Shown: positions 1 through 12,829, counted from the first letter of the stretch. The stretch: 63,748 nucleotides of DNA from Octopus bimaculoides (GCF_001194135.2 NC_069002.1:2708075-2771822); one strand, 5' to 3'. A program made the numbers and translations. Notes: generated by a model from the letters alone, not told the origin.

Positions 1-272
1 CTATTTGAATCTATTTCACTGGTTTTCAACTAGTTTTAAGTTTGCGGACCCGTTTGATTGTTATATTATGCTACTAGTACCCAGCAGCCATTTGAAGTTT
101 CAGAAAGATTCCATAATGGTTTGATAGTTAGACATTATCAGGAATTGTATTAATAAAAAATTGATAAAATATTTTGTGTATTATAGAAATGTGACCAATT
201 TATTGAACATCATTTTTAACAAAATGTTACACGGATCCCTAAGGACTAAGTGGATCCCAGTTGAGAACCACT
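1..272. mobile_element. Right end of hAT-type DNA transposon/MITE
   Basis: Ends in GGATCCCAGTTGAGAACCACT (260-272 is the reverse complement of a CAGTGGTTCTCAAC-type hAT terminal inverted repeat). The other end is outside the window. Confidence 0.5.
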
Positions 273-1079
273 AATAATTAGCTCATATTTCTTAGGAGTT
301 AGTTATGAAGTCTAACTATTGGTTTTATTCTTTTAGTGGAATCTAGATAGTGGTTTAAGGCTTGTATTTTGTTCTTTATAAATTAATGGTGTGTAGATAT
401 TTAAGATACTATGAGAGTGTTAATCAAAATTTATGCGTCATATGCGGCACACCCATGTATATAAATATGCAGCCTACATATTCTCTTTGGGCTTTTCACA
501 ATGAGAGGTAGTATGCGTGTATAGAGAATAAGTAGTTTAGAGTTTAATTGAGATTTCAAATATTTTCTTAAACTGCATCGTTATATCAGCAGATGTACGT
601 CTAATACATAATGGAAGAACGTTCAATGAAAATATTGGTTAGGAATCTCCCGTATATAATTTACTGGATAATATTATGAAGTAAGTGCAAGGAATTTAAA
701 TACCGCATATAATTATTGTGTATTGCTCGACATTACGGGTTAGCGTTGGTGCCTTCTGTCGAGTACAACATAATCAGCTTTCATAATTGAAGGTGAAAAG
801 TGAAAATAGTCCAGGTACTATACGCAAGACATGCTCCGTATAATAACCACTCAGGTAAATAACACTTCTCATGCAACATATATTCAACATAATCATGAGA
901 AAGTTATGTGACACAACCTACACTTTAAACATTATACAGCAAATAACATAACACCCCAAACATTAAGCCAGATCTCGCATCAATGCTCCGTTCTGAATAG
1001 GCAAAGCAGCAAACACCCCAGAGACGTGAAGTGTCCTCAAACATGCTGCAATAATTTGCATAAACCTGTCTAACGAAAT

Positions 1080-1080
<1 letters not shown>

Positions 1081-1137
<57 letters not shown>

Positions 1138-1315
1138 TAATAATAATAATAAGTAGGTGCCTTAGGTATAATAAAAAAATATTCAGACAAATACCTAACA
1201 AAAATAGCAGGACTTACAAATATATATAACATACAGAAANNNNNNNNNNCCAAGGCGCACAGAGCTGCGCTCGGTAGTGAAGTGAAAGCACGTTATAAAA
1301 ATAAAACTACTGAAC

Positions 1316-1374
<59 letters not shown>

Positions 1375-1390
1375 CACAAATAATAATAGA
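1081..1390 (+). repeat. (TAA)n tracts (1081-1150 and about 1316-1390) flanking an R4/Dong 3' fragment
   Basis: Direct reading of near-perfect TAA arrays on both sides of the insert. Confidence 0.95.
1153..1320 (+). mobile_element. 5'-truncated R4/Dong-like non-LTR retrotransposon 3' end (REL endonuclease C-terminus plus 3' UTR)
   Basis: 1153-1239 reads VGALGIIKKYSDKYLTKIAGLTNIYNIQK, matching the GALG...QK C-terminal REL motif. After a 10-N gap comes a UTR ending ...AAAACTACTGAAC then (TAA)n. Confidence 0.85.
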
Positions 1391-1589
1391 AAGACGACTA
1401 AAAATAATAACTTCTCACATGAACATTCAGAATAAATTTTATCACCCAATAGGTTCCGTGCTTTAAGTGAAGATTTCGAGCAAAGCCCAAAAAGTAGTCA
1501 GGAGTCTAATGAGAAAATGACCCTGAAAACCACTTGCCCGAGAAAAACCATCACACTAGAGATAGCCGTGGATGACTATTATTTACCTG

Positions 1590-1730
1590 TAAGGCTGTGA
1601 TTTCCTCAGAGCTCCCAATGGATCATTCTTGCCACATTGTCATGGCATCTTTTGCATTCGAACTGTGCTAATTTCGGGCATTCGCTAGAGATGTATAGCA
1701 CATCTTACCCCATAGTCTTCATTTGTCGCT
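1590..1730 (-). mobile_element. R4/Dong-like retrotransposon CCHC zinc-knuckle remnant
   Basis: Minus strand reads SDK*RLWGK, frameshift, then ISSECPKLAQFECKRCHDNVARMIHWEL*, matching the C..CG...HI.SECPKLAQ.EYKRRHD.VA..IHW.LC pattern of this clade. Confidence 0.8.
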
Positions 1731-3889
1731 ATATATAATTTTCCTATATACTGTACGTTTCGCTGAAAACTAATGCCGTTGGAAGGAATATTAGTGTTCC
1801 ATGCAAACAGTCTCAGGAAAAGATACTCTACAAGGAAGCGAAAATACACACGAATATTGAACTAAGGTTACATATATTCATATTAAGAAAAATGTTAACG
1901 TACTTCCAGTTCTGATTGAATTTCAGCTACTATTTGAATCTGTTCTACAGGTGAAAATAATTGTCATAATATTGCAGTAAATTAGAGAGATATTTTGGAT
2001 ATATTCCATGTTTTAGAGGCACGGTGGTGGGAGGCTGGCTAGATTTCACTTACTTTGTTGTGAAATGAATCTTACGTGCAACAAATATTAAATCGGAGGT
2101 ATGAATATAAATTATCTACCTGCCTAGACTTATTATGAATAAATATGCAAAAATTCGTTTCAGATCTTGCTGTAAACGGTACGAACAATGAATTTTTTTT
2201 ATTTTTTTTTATCGATTGACAGATATCCGCACCGACCAACCAACATTAATTTTCGCTGAAATTACAAACAAAGGAAAGCTACTTGGCAGTTTGTCGAAAC
2301 ACCAATGTCCCAGAGTTCCCTGCGCCATTAAGTCCAGTATGTTGTACACATTGTCGTTATAAAAGAGAAAAAGCTTTTCTTCTCGACGTAATGATTAGCA
2401 TATTTTGCGTCTGCCCCTGCTAAGACGTATTAAAAATGAATATACAAATGGTCGTTCTAGATCAAGCTGTGTATCCTGCACACAACCATTTTATATGTGC
2501 ACTATGTTCTATATATAGTGAGGACGCAGAAGTGCCGAATGGCAATACACTACGCCCGGTCATTTTTAAAAAGAAGATAAACACGTTAAATAATATGACT
2601 TAGATCAAACAACAAAACGCTCCACTCTGTGTCATATGTGAACTTATATCTGCTCATCTGATCGTTTGCTCACGAAGCCAAACATACCCAACAACAGGAA
2701 AAATAATAGAAATATTATATAAAATAAGGAAACTTAATCTTTATAAATATTTCATGTTCGGAGTATCCTTGTTAGAAAGAATTCTCTTTCGGTATAGTTT
2801 GATTTATGCGAGCTATCTGGTTGTCATGGCCTTTGAAAGAAACAACAGTCAATTCTCTTTCATTTTACCTCATATTGTCTTTAGAATTTCATGAAGATTT
2901 TGGACAATACCGTTCTAGAAAAAAAAATACTAAAAGGGAAAAATGTAAACAAAATACGAGATATTCTCGGCCGCATTGCATATCCTCATATTTTTGCTTA
3001 ATCAGTATTAACCGGCAGCTAAATATCATCAACGAAAACTTGTAATTTCAAAAATCTTTACTCCTTTCTGTCTTTACCCCAACTCTCTCACCCTTTCTGC
3101 CCCACTCTCCCTGACACACAGTCTCTATCGGTCGCTTTATCTTTCTCTTCTTCTCTCTGATCTTTCTTTAGCTTCCATCTTTTCCATCTTTCCAGACAGA
3201 GGGAAAAAGAAGATATTCATATTTTTTCTTTCTTTTTTTTTACGCTGCACCGCTTAATAACAATGTCTGCGTATTGATGAAATCCAATTATATTGATACT
3301 GGTGTTGAACACCTTACAACATATCAACAAAGAATTCTCTTTAATCTACCTTAACATAACTTGTCTATATGGTCACTAAATTCGCTTATCGCATTTACAA
3401 TTTCCTACACTACGAGAACTTTTTCCAGTCTCTTTGATCAATTTCAATAAGAAACTGAATAATAAAAACAACAACAGATAAACAACAAATAAAAATAATA
3501 ATAACCGTAATAATAATAATAACAATAATAGTCGACTATCTCTTATCCGCAGAACATTAGTTATTTCAGTGACAGAATATGGCAGACGATAATCCCTGCA
3601 CCTTCACACAACGTAATACTGATACTTATATAAGCGTACATACACATACATCCATGCGTACAACTACACTCTCAAACACATACACCTGGAGGTATATGTG
3701 TATGTGTATGAATACATGCATATATAGATATATATATATATGTATATATATACGTGTGTATGTATGTACATGTACATATACGTATGTATAAATATGAAAA
3801 TATAACAAATATACATATGCATGTCTATGGTATGTGTTATATCTAGGTATTTGCATATATATATGTGTGTGTGTGTGTGTGTGAGTGTG

Positions 3890-3921
<32 letters not shown>

Positions 3922-4642
3922 ATATAATATAAATATGCACAAACTATACAATGATATACGTTACTGTGTGTATATATATTGGTTGTATCTTTCTCTCTCT
4001 CTCTCTCNNNNNNNNNNNNNNNNNNNNNNNNNNNNNNNNNNNNNNNNNNNNNNNNNNNNNNNNNNNNNNNNNNNNNNNNNNATAAATATATATACATGAA
4101 TGTATAAATATATACATTCATGCAAATCAGTGCATAAATACATACACATATACATACATATGTACAAACATATATTGTAGTTTATTGGAGATTAATCGCA
4201 GAGTGGCTTTCAAGGAGAGAAATGATACTGTTGGTTCTGTTATTGGTGACTATGAGATTTCGGTAAATTCATTAGATGCCAACCAGTTACCGACCTCTAA
4301 AAATACCAAATTCTTTATCTTCAAACAACCAATTTTTATACGATGTAATTTCGTGCCAAGACGCCTTCGTTCATTCTATTCCGTACCGACTTCTCATTGA
4401 TATGATATTGACTAACATTGACACATACATTCATACACCTACACAAACAGCACAGACACACACACGTACACATACACACATACGCACACACACGCACACA
4501 GAAATACAAACACGGACACACACGCACGCCTGGGCGCACGCATATATATATACATATGTATACATATATAGGTGCGTATATATATGTATGCATATATGTA
4601 TATAAACACACTTGTATGCTTATGTATAGATGTATATGAATA

Positions 4643-4682
<40 letters not shown>

Positions 4683-4882
4683 TATATATATACAACCTTA
4701 ACTATACACACACACACATTTTCGGACACACAAACAATTATATAGACGTGTGTAATATTCGTATATATATATATATATATATATCTGCAGATATTTAGAT
4801 ATACATTCATACATATATACCTTCATACGGTGATATTTATAAACATAAATTTATATTTTTGTATATGCAAATGAGTGTGTTT

Positions 4883-4942
<60 letters not shown>

Positions 4943-5759
4943 TCTTTTTAGTCTTATTTAAGTTTTTCTAAAGAGAATCCAAGACGCTCACTGACAAAAC
5001 GATGTGACTTTTCGACGTAAGAGATTTCCCTCTGTGAATGAATATGTGGTTGAATCAGTACGTTGCTTTAACCCTCGACGCACATGTCCAAGTTTGTACA
5101 TCAATTCGTCAAAAAAATTCTCAGATTGAAAATCTCAAGAATGTCTTACAATACTTCCCTGTGCGGCTAATAGAATTGGTTTGGAGATACCGCGTCAGTT
5201 TCTTTTGCACTTACTACCAAAGACATAGTATTTTTAACTTTTTCTATAAATTTATAGGTACAGAACTCAATGCACCAATGATGAGAAATACAACCGAGAG
5301 CTTATCATCAGAGTGCAGGTACTGTGATGCTTACTTTAGTTCACCATATTTCTTTTTCCTGGACTTTTGATTGTAGGTTTACATTCGCTGGTCAACTGAC
5401 CTCTACAACATTACATGATTTATGTATGTATGTTTGTGTGTATGTATGTGTATGTATGTATGTATGTATGTATGTATGTGTTAGTGTATCGTACCCTGCG
5501 GTTACAAGTTATATCAAAACGAACACGAAAATATGACGGAATTAATATATATTTCGCTTCATAAAACTAAGAGTAATTTATAAGTTTCTTCGTAAAGTTA
5601 CCCATAGTTCCACAGTCCGATATTTATAAATATTTATGAAGAAAAATTAAACAGTAAATATTTATATGCGCATACTCCTATGTATTGCAGTACATCATCG
5701 TATATGCAATAATCCCCACGAACGCACAAACACGTTCATTCACACACAGGTAAATAAGC

Positions 5760-5803
<44 letters not shown>

Positions 5804-6428
5804 TTAGGGTGGGATACAACTTTGGAGATGCAATCTTGCTTTGTAGGGAATTATGAAAGGGAAAAAACAAGTTATGTTTCACATATCTTGGTCGCAACAT
5901 ACGGCTTATCTACAAAATCAGATTTCAATCTCGTATCACGTAAGCTTCAGCTTAGTTTATAGATTATAATCTTAAAATGTCTCAACCCAATATGGAAATC
6001 TAAGCTTTCTGTCGAAAATCATGTATACTGTATTTGAATCTGAGCTATTTAATGGCTTTTTTCAAACATAATAAAGATAGGGAGCAATGCAATTATGTAG
6101 GAAGTGTGGTACATACATGCGCATGCGCATGCTTCTTACATTTTTCAAATGCCATGGAAAGATTGCCCTACAAAAACAGATTCTCAATGCATCAGACATG
6201 TTAGACAAAAAGGAATCTGTTAAGCTGACACCGATGTAGATCTAAGACGATGTTGGTTTCTGACATCCGACTTTCGAAACCTCGACATGTTTTTACTTGT
6301 GTAGATCATGGTATGAAAAATTAAGTCAAACAATAAGCAGAAGTGAACACTGCTGCTGGAAACTGGAAGTACGTTGAAAACCGATCGAGATCTATCTTAC
6401 ATACACACATATATACACGTACACAAAC

Positions 6429-6466
<38 letters not shown>

Positions 6467-6748
6467 GCACACACGACGAGCTTCTTTCAGATTCTGTCTA
6501 CCAAATCCACAAGGGCTTAAATATACACACGCACACGCACACATGCATACACACGCACGCATGCACATGCATAGGGTATTTTAAGCTTTTAAAACCTACA
6601 TTTTATACACTGGAATTGTAAAAAATCTGTAAAACTTTAAGTGTATATTTAACTATATATAAGCATATCTAGAGATGTAAGCATATGCATGAGAAAACAT
6701 GCATAAAAGAAAACATACAAAACTGCATGTATACACACATACATACAT

Positions 6749-6830
6749 ACATACAGAAATATCTTGTTGATGCTATGGAGATTCCAATGAAGGAGCCGTG
6801 GAACTAGGTTTGAAACTGACTCTTTCTCTT
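6749..6830 (+). repeat. Short dispersed repeat anchored on (CATA)n, copy 1
   Basis: Aligns by eye with 8473-8575 (CATACAGAAAT...TGTTGATG...TCCAATGAAGGAGCC...TAGGTT.GAAACTG.CTC). Confidence 0.75.
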
Positions 6831-7459
6831 GATATATATGTGAAGGAAGCCATATATTTGTATTTGTTTATGTTCCATTCGAAATTATTATCAGTAACAG
6901 CAATTACAATAACTACTATTGTATATTTAATGTTAAATGCTAGACTTTATTCCACTGCGACCTAGCTGCACTTCATCCAATATGTCATATTCTCGCGTGT
7001 AAATCCTATATGCCACGCTACGTGTGAACGGTGCCTGTGAAACTCTATATTCAAGCAAAGTGAAGCTGGAATTTCATCACATGTTCACATGTAATTTTTG
7101 CAAAGAAATCTTAAGAAATAAAACTATTTCACTTACAAGTATATGAATATTGGCGTTTATGAATACAAAATTGGTTTCGTATATTATATATATGCTACGG
7201 GAATGAATACGCGTAACTTGCGCAAACATGCGTTTGATAGAGTGACATTTCTTGTGCATTATTTCCGGTAGTAGACTTTAAATGCGCCTGCCGCTTTCCT
7301 TTGTCTGTAATTGAAAATGCAGAAGTAAATGAAATTTTAGACAATATACATGCGCGTGTGCGGTTGTGTGCGGGCGCTTGCATGTGTGTGCGCCCGCGCT
7401 TGCGTGTGTGTGTGTTTGTGTGTGCATGTATGTATGTGTTATATCATATTGTATCATAT

Positions 7460-7500
<41 letters not shown>

Positions 7501-7954
7501 TATNNNNNNNNNNNNNNNNNNNNNNNNNNNNNNNNNNNNNNNNNNNNNNNNNNNNNNNNNNNNNNNNNNNNNNNNNNNNNNNNNNNNNNNNNNNNNNNNN
7601 NNNNNNNNNNNNNNNNNNNNNNNNNNNNNNNNNNNNNNNNNNNNNNNTCAAAAATAATATGGAAATCGAAATGTTTGAAACAAATTCATATTATTTTACT
7701 CACCAATGTCACCTTTACATGTGTTTCGATAACAAATATAGTAGAAATTATGAAGTCATTTCTTCATACCATGTGAAATCGCATCAGCACAATTCTATAT
7801 TTCGAATAACACTTAATTTGGTAATCGTGTATGACGTAAGACATCTTTTATAATAAATTTTCGTCCAGTCAGAGAAATACATATATATATATACCGTAAG
7901 AGGAAATGTAATGATATACTTTGCAAACTTGCATGTGCATATGTATATTTGTGT

Positions 7955-8135
7955 TTGAAGAATACTTTAGGAATGAGAACCTAGGTTCGAAATTTCCCCA
8001 AGACACCTGATGAAGGCTGGATGGTATATCAGACGAAACATTGTGCTAACAACAAACAAGATGAGGACAACTATCCGTCAAATGTAAATAATGCAAATAA
8101 TGTACATCATTCCTCATCTTTTAAATATAGAACTG
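7955..8135 (+). mobile_element. Penelope-like element terminal repeat with degenerate hammerhead ribozyme core
   Basis: CTGATGA (8007-8013), then a GGCTG/CAGAC stem, then GAAAC (8035-8039). GACAC (8002-8006) pairs partly with GTGCT (8043-8047). Minimal hammerheads are an established feature of Penelope termini. Confidence 0.55.
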
Positions 8136-8472
8136 AACGCAGACAATGTGTGAAATTTTCTCCAAGAGCAAAACCAGTGTAAGTTAAAGAACTACAAGTA
8201 CCATAGTCTGGACACTCAGCACAGATTTAGTATCTTCTCTCCTGTTTTGCACTAATACCATGCGAAATTAATGATGATCGGATTGGTCTATCGGTGATTA
8301 AATATTGATTAATTTAATTTCTGTAATGACTTTCTAATAAAATAAAATCAAATTCATTTACCTGGAAAGTCACAAGTAAACATGTATACGTTAATGCGTG
8401 CGTACAATACATTTATTCCTATATGTGTGTGTATAAATATACATACATACATACATACATACATGCATGCAT

Positions 8473-8575
8473 ACATACAGAAATAACCTGTTGATGTTGA
8501 AAATCCAATGAAGGAGCCTTGAATTTAGGTTAGAAACTGGCTCTTCCTCTGTTGGCAAGAAATCTTGAAATAAAA
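8473..8575 (+). repeat. Short dispersed repeat anchored on (CATA)n, copy 2
   Basis: Aligns with 6749-6830. Both copies begin directly after a (CATA)n run. Confidence 0.75.
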
Positions 8576-9150
8576 GTCAATAATGACATATATATACACA
8601 CACACATACATACATACATACATACATACATACATACATACATACGTACGTAATTACATATTCATGTTTACTAATAGTTTACTTAGATATATATGCAGTG
8701 CAATATCTGAGTACTCGGTTAAGTGAGTGTTTAGCGCATGAGTGTGTGTGAGTGCGAGTCAATGATCACACATGCGCGCATGTATGTATTGTGTATGTGT
8801 GTGAATTTATATAAACTTGCTTACTGATAGAGATAACGATCAATATACGAATAGAGAGAAACAGATAGTGTAAGGCGCTGGAAAATCAAATTATATAATG
8901 AATCCATACAGAGGCACTGCGAAACAACCACGCACGCACATATAATAAATATAAACATATATATAGATATAGATATAGATATAGATATAGANNNNNNNNN
9001 NNNNNNNNNNNNNNNNNNNNNNNNNNNNNNNNNNNNNNNNNNNNNNNNNNNNNNNNNNNNNNNNNNNNNNNNNNNNNNNNNNNNNNNNNNNNNNNNNNNN
9101 NNNNNNNNNNNNNNNNNNNNNNNNNNNNNNNNNNNNNNNNNNTATACATA

Positions 9151-9186
<36 letters not shown>

Positions 9187-9942
9187 TGTATATATGCATA
9201 TATGCATATATATGTATAGACGCGCACATACACACACACACACATATATGTATACATAAACCTGTATACAAAAATATATGTGAGTTTTAGCGTTTAGTTA
9301 AAAGTACAAATTAGATATGTGATTGAATAATCTTTATAATTTCATTTGTTTACTATCAATTCTCTTCAACAGGATGAAAGTCTTTAAAAGCTGGATTTAA
9401 GTAATTCCTTATCCCTTGAGTGACTTCAATTTTTGCCGTTTGTTCGTATCGATATGGTTTCTATATATATTGAAATAAGTGCAATACTGGGTAGCAAGGT
9501 CTAGAAACGCGTAGGAATCTTCGTTATCGGAACGATTCCACAATATCTTAAATGACTTATGTGGCGTGAGGTCGAGAAATATGTTTATGTAAGAGAAACC
9601 TATCTGAGGTTTCTAAGTGATGGACGTTTTTCACACAATGCAATCTCGCAAGACACTTCAGAAGATATTGCTTGAATCAAAACTAAAATCTCATACTTAA
9701 CGATGTCTTATATAGCCACCAAAAACTCAATATCGTTCTTGCAAGCGGATATATTACAGCTTGTCAATTTTGGCATAGTTACTCTGTGCAGCAATTAAAA
9801 TTCCTATAACCAACCCATTTCTAATCTGTTGACCCGATACGGTTTAGAAACATTATTTGGCGGTCACTTGTATGTAGCGATTCACAGGAGTCAAAATTTA
9901 ACGCAGAAAGAAAATGAGGACACATTTCTCTCATTCTCAAGT

Positions 9943-10128
9943 TCATGCTAGCTTCTTGAATTGGTTATGAAAGGTAAAATTGAGTACAAGGTCAATATTC
10001 TCTGTTGCACCAAGATATTTTGCAAGTTTTACCTCTAGTATTTCGTCATCCAAGTGAGTAGAATGCGGTAACGTAGGCTTAAAAACCAAACTGAAATTGG
10101 TATATCTGAATTTTCTTCGGGCAACCAA
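9943..10128 (-). mobile_element. Decayed LINE reverse transcriptase remnant (domain 7/thumb)
   Basis: EVKLAKYLGATENIDLVLNFTFH resembles the KYLG..ID..L.F..H motif of non-LTR RTs. Confidence 0.4.
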
Positions 10129-10228
10129 ATGCAGGTCGACATTTGATATGCTGTTAGACTAAGAAGTTTAGCAAAATATGAACACTCAGAGCGGGAATTT
10201 CAATATGTATATAGGCGGCAGTACTATC

Positions 10229-10600
10229 AGCCAATCAGAACTTAGAGGTCCCTCATTTAAGCTGTCAAAGGAAGATTTCTAACCAAACTAGAATCGGCAA
10301 GGAGGGCGGGAGATAGATGTTAAATTATAATTGATTAGAATAAATAAAAGAAAAAGCATAGTAGAAAATGTGAACGACGTATTATCTTCCAGTGCCTCGA
10401 AATCTAGTGATTCCAAATAGAATCAGTGACTGGTAGCGAGATTTCATTATCAGAGAGACCGGCGCCAAATTTGAAGCTGACTTCGTCAATTCTTCGAAGT
10501 AATCTGCGTACTCAATCATAAAGAGATGATGTACTATGCTATATTGTACTGTGTAGCACGGTTATGATTATAAAATATACGGGCAGATAAGATTGGCGCC
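10229..10600. promoter_or_regulatory. Promoter-like motif cluster (CCAAT, GC box, E2F site plus CHR)
   Basis: AGCCAATCAG 10229-10238; GGGCGG 10304-10309; GGCGCCAAA 10461-10469 abutting TTTGAA 10470-10475; GATTGGCGCC 10591-10600. No transcript evidence. Confidence 0.35.
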
Positions 10601-10834
10601 GTTTATTTATTTCCTACATTTTACACGACGAAATGTCTATAATTTAATTACTTTAAAATAAATAGAATGGTTACAACGAGGTTGAGTAAAAGTCGAAATT
10701 TAAGCATGGAATAAGCAAAGCCTAAAGTCAATAGGTAGTAGAGGTGAAGATATATTCACTTTTACCATTTTTCCATGTGATTGTGAACTTGATAGGATGT
10801 CAGTCGTTTCTTACACTTGCACATATATTAATTT

Positions 10835-10867
<33 letters not shown>

Positions 10868-11384
10868 TAAAGGAGGAATAGATAGAGATATTAGAACCAA
10901 ACAAGTACCATTCAAGCACTCTAGTATAATCCATCGAATTATGCATGGAATGGTGTGGAATAACTGGGACTATTTAAGTTTAAAGAATTCCAATGTTCGT
11001 CACCCGATTGGTAAATCCTGAGCTCGCTACTTTGCATTATAAACAGTTTAATGATTGTATCTACAAGAGAGTTCAAATGAATAAAGGAAATTAAACATCT
11101 GCACAGATTTTATTATTAGAGGCATTTATACAGTATATCTAATTTAAACCGCAATGCGACAAATTTTTATGCAGCATTGATATCCTGCAATATGCTTTTT
11201 ATTTACATCCTGTTTGTACATCTGCATTTAGATTTCATTCAAGTTTAAAACGTGACCATGCAGCTTTATTCAAGGTGTTGCCACTCTTAAAGTTTGATGC
11301 GAACTGGAATATAGCAGTTTAAACAGTCTTATATTTTTAGTAATGGACGATTAGTGCTGAGTGAAAAAAAATAAGAGATGAAAT

Positions 11385-11510
11385 GAGAGATCGACGTCGA
11401 CGAGCGTAGGCTCGAAACGTACAAGACATTCTCACTTCCGGAGCGTTAAACTAACACATCTGTGTGTTGTTTACACACTCGTCTTCATTTGTTTTTTGTA
11501 AATTCTCACT
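11385..11510 (+). mobile_element. Penelope-terminus-like dispersed repeat with GAGC-GTAG-GCTC hairpin before GAAACGT, copy 1
   Basis: GTCGACGAGCGTAGGCTCGAAACGTACAAGACATTCTC; a homologous inverted copy lies at about 59845-59945. Confidence 0.5.
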
Positions 11511-12103
11511 ATATATACATAGATGCATATATATATNNNNNNNNNNNNNNNNNNNNNNNNNNNNNNNNNNNNNNNNNNNNNNNNNNNNNNNNNNNNNNNN
11601 NNNNNNNNNNNNNNNNNNNNNNNNNNNNNNNNNNNNNNNNNNNNNNNNNNNNNNNNNNNNNNNNNNNNNNNNNNNNNNNNNNNNNNNNNNNNNNNNNNNN
11701 NNNNNNNNNNNNNNNNNNNNNNNNNNNNNNNNNNNNNNNNNNNNNNNNNNNNNNNNNNNNNNNNNNNNNNNNNNNNNNNNNNNNNNNNNNNNNNNNNNNN
11801 NNNNNNNNNNNNNNNNNNNNNNNNNNNNNNNNNNNNNNNNNNNNNNNNNNNNNNNNNNNNNNNNNNNNNNNNNNNNNNNNNNNNNNNNNNNNNNNNNNNN
11901 NNNNNNNNNNNNNNNNNNNNNNNNNNNNNNNNNNNNNNNNNNNNNNNNNNNNNNNNNNNNNNNNNNNNNNNNNNNNNNNNNNNNNNNNNNNNNNNNNNNN
12001 NNTATATAATATATATATATGTGTGTGCGTGTGTGTGTATTGACGGATGTATGTATGTATGTATATATACATATATATGCATGTATATAGAAGTATGTGT
12101 ATA

Positions 12104-12136
<33 letters not shown>

Positions 12137-12729
12137 GCATATATTCCTGTTTTATACATATATATATATATATATCCACACATCCAAACACGACCAAACA
12201 CTCGTGTTGATAATATATGTTACCATGATATTAGATATGTATAAATTTGTATAGAACGATCGCATCTATGTGGTATCTTGCCTTGCTTCTTGCTGACTAA
12301 ACGTGCTGATATTAATCTGCAGTGAATAAAATGAAAATACTAATAACAACAACAACAATAATGATAATAATACTACTACTAATAATAATAATAATTATTA
12401 TTATTATTATTATTTTCATTATTATTATTATTATTATTATCATTATTTTCAAAAAGAAAAAGAAACGAGAGATTTTTGTCTAAGATACATTATATGCAAA
12501 TTGAATTCTGTGAACATGAAGCCATCAAAACCGTATTTAATGGTAACGCATCCACCACGAAGGCCGCCATTGATATTAACAAGATCGGCTACATCTCTAC
12601 CAGCAATTCTACTGCACCCGCCCTCCCCGCTTCCACTGGCGCCGCCCTCTTCAATAGATTTATTATCAGGAACGAAAATCAGCAGCAGATCATGAACGAA
12701 TCAAAATGGAAAATATATGTTCTAAAACC

Positions 12730-12755
12730 TTTTTGCTCTCTCTCTCTATCTCACA

Positions 12756-12792
<37 letters not shown>

Positions 12793-12829
12793 ATTTTCTC
12801 TCTCTCCTCGACTTCCTTTTCGTGAGTCT

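Noticed and set aside
560-7830. Chain of + strand exon-like frames with cadherin-like words (SEDFEQ...TLEIAVDD at 1453-1588, NYEREKTSY near 5850, SVIENAE near 7300, NYEVISSY near 7745)
   Set aside because: Splice phases do not chain consistently, no intact DxNDN or DxD motif is present, and the best exon overlaps an antisense R4 remnant. Likely chance pattern-matching.
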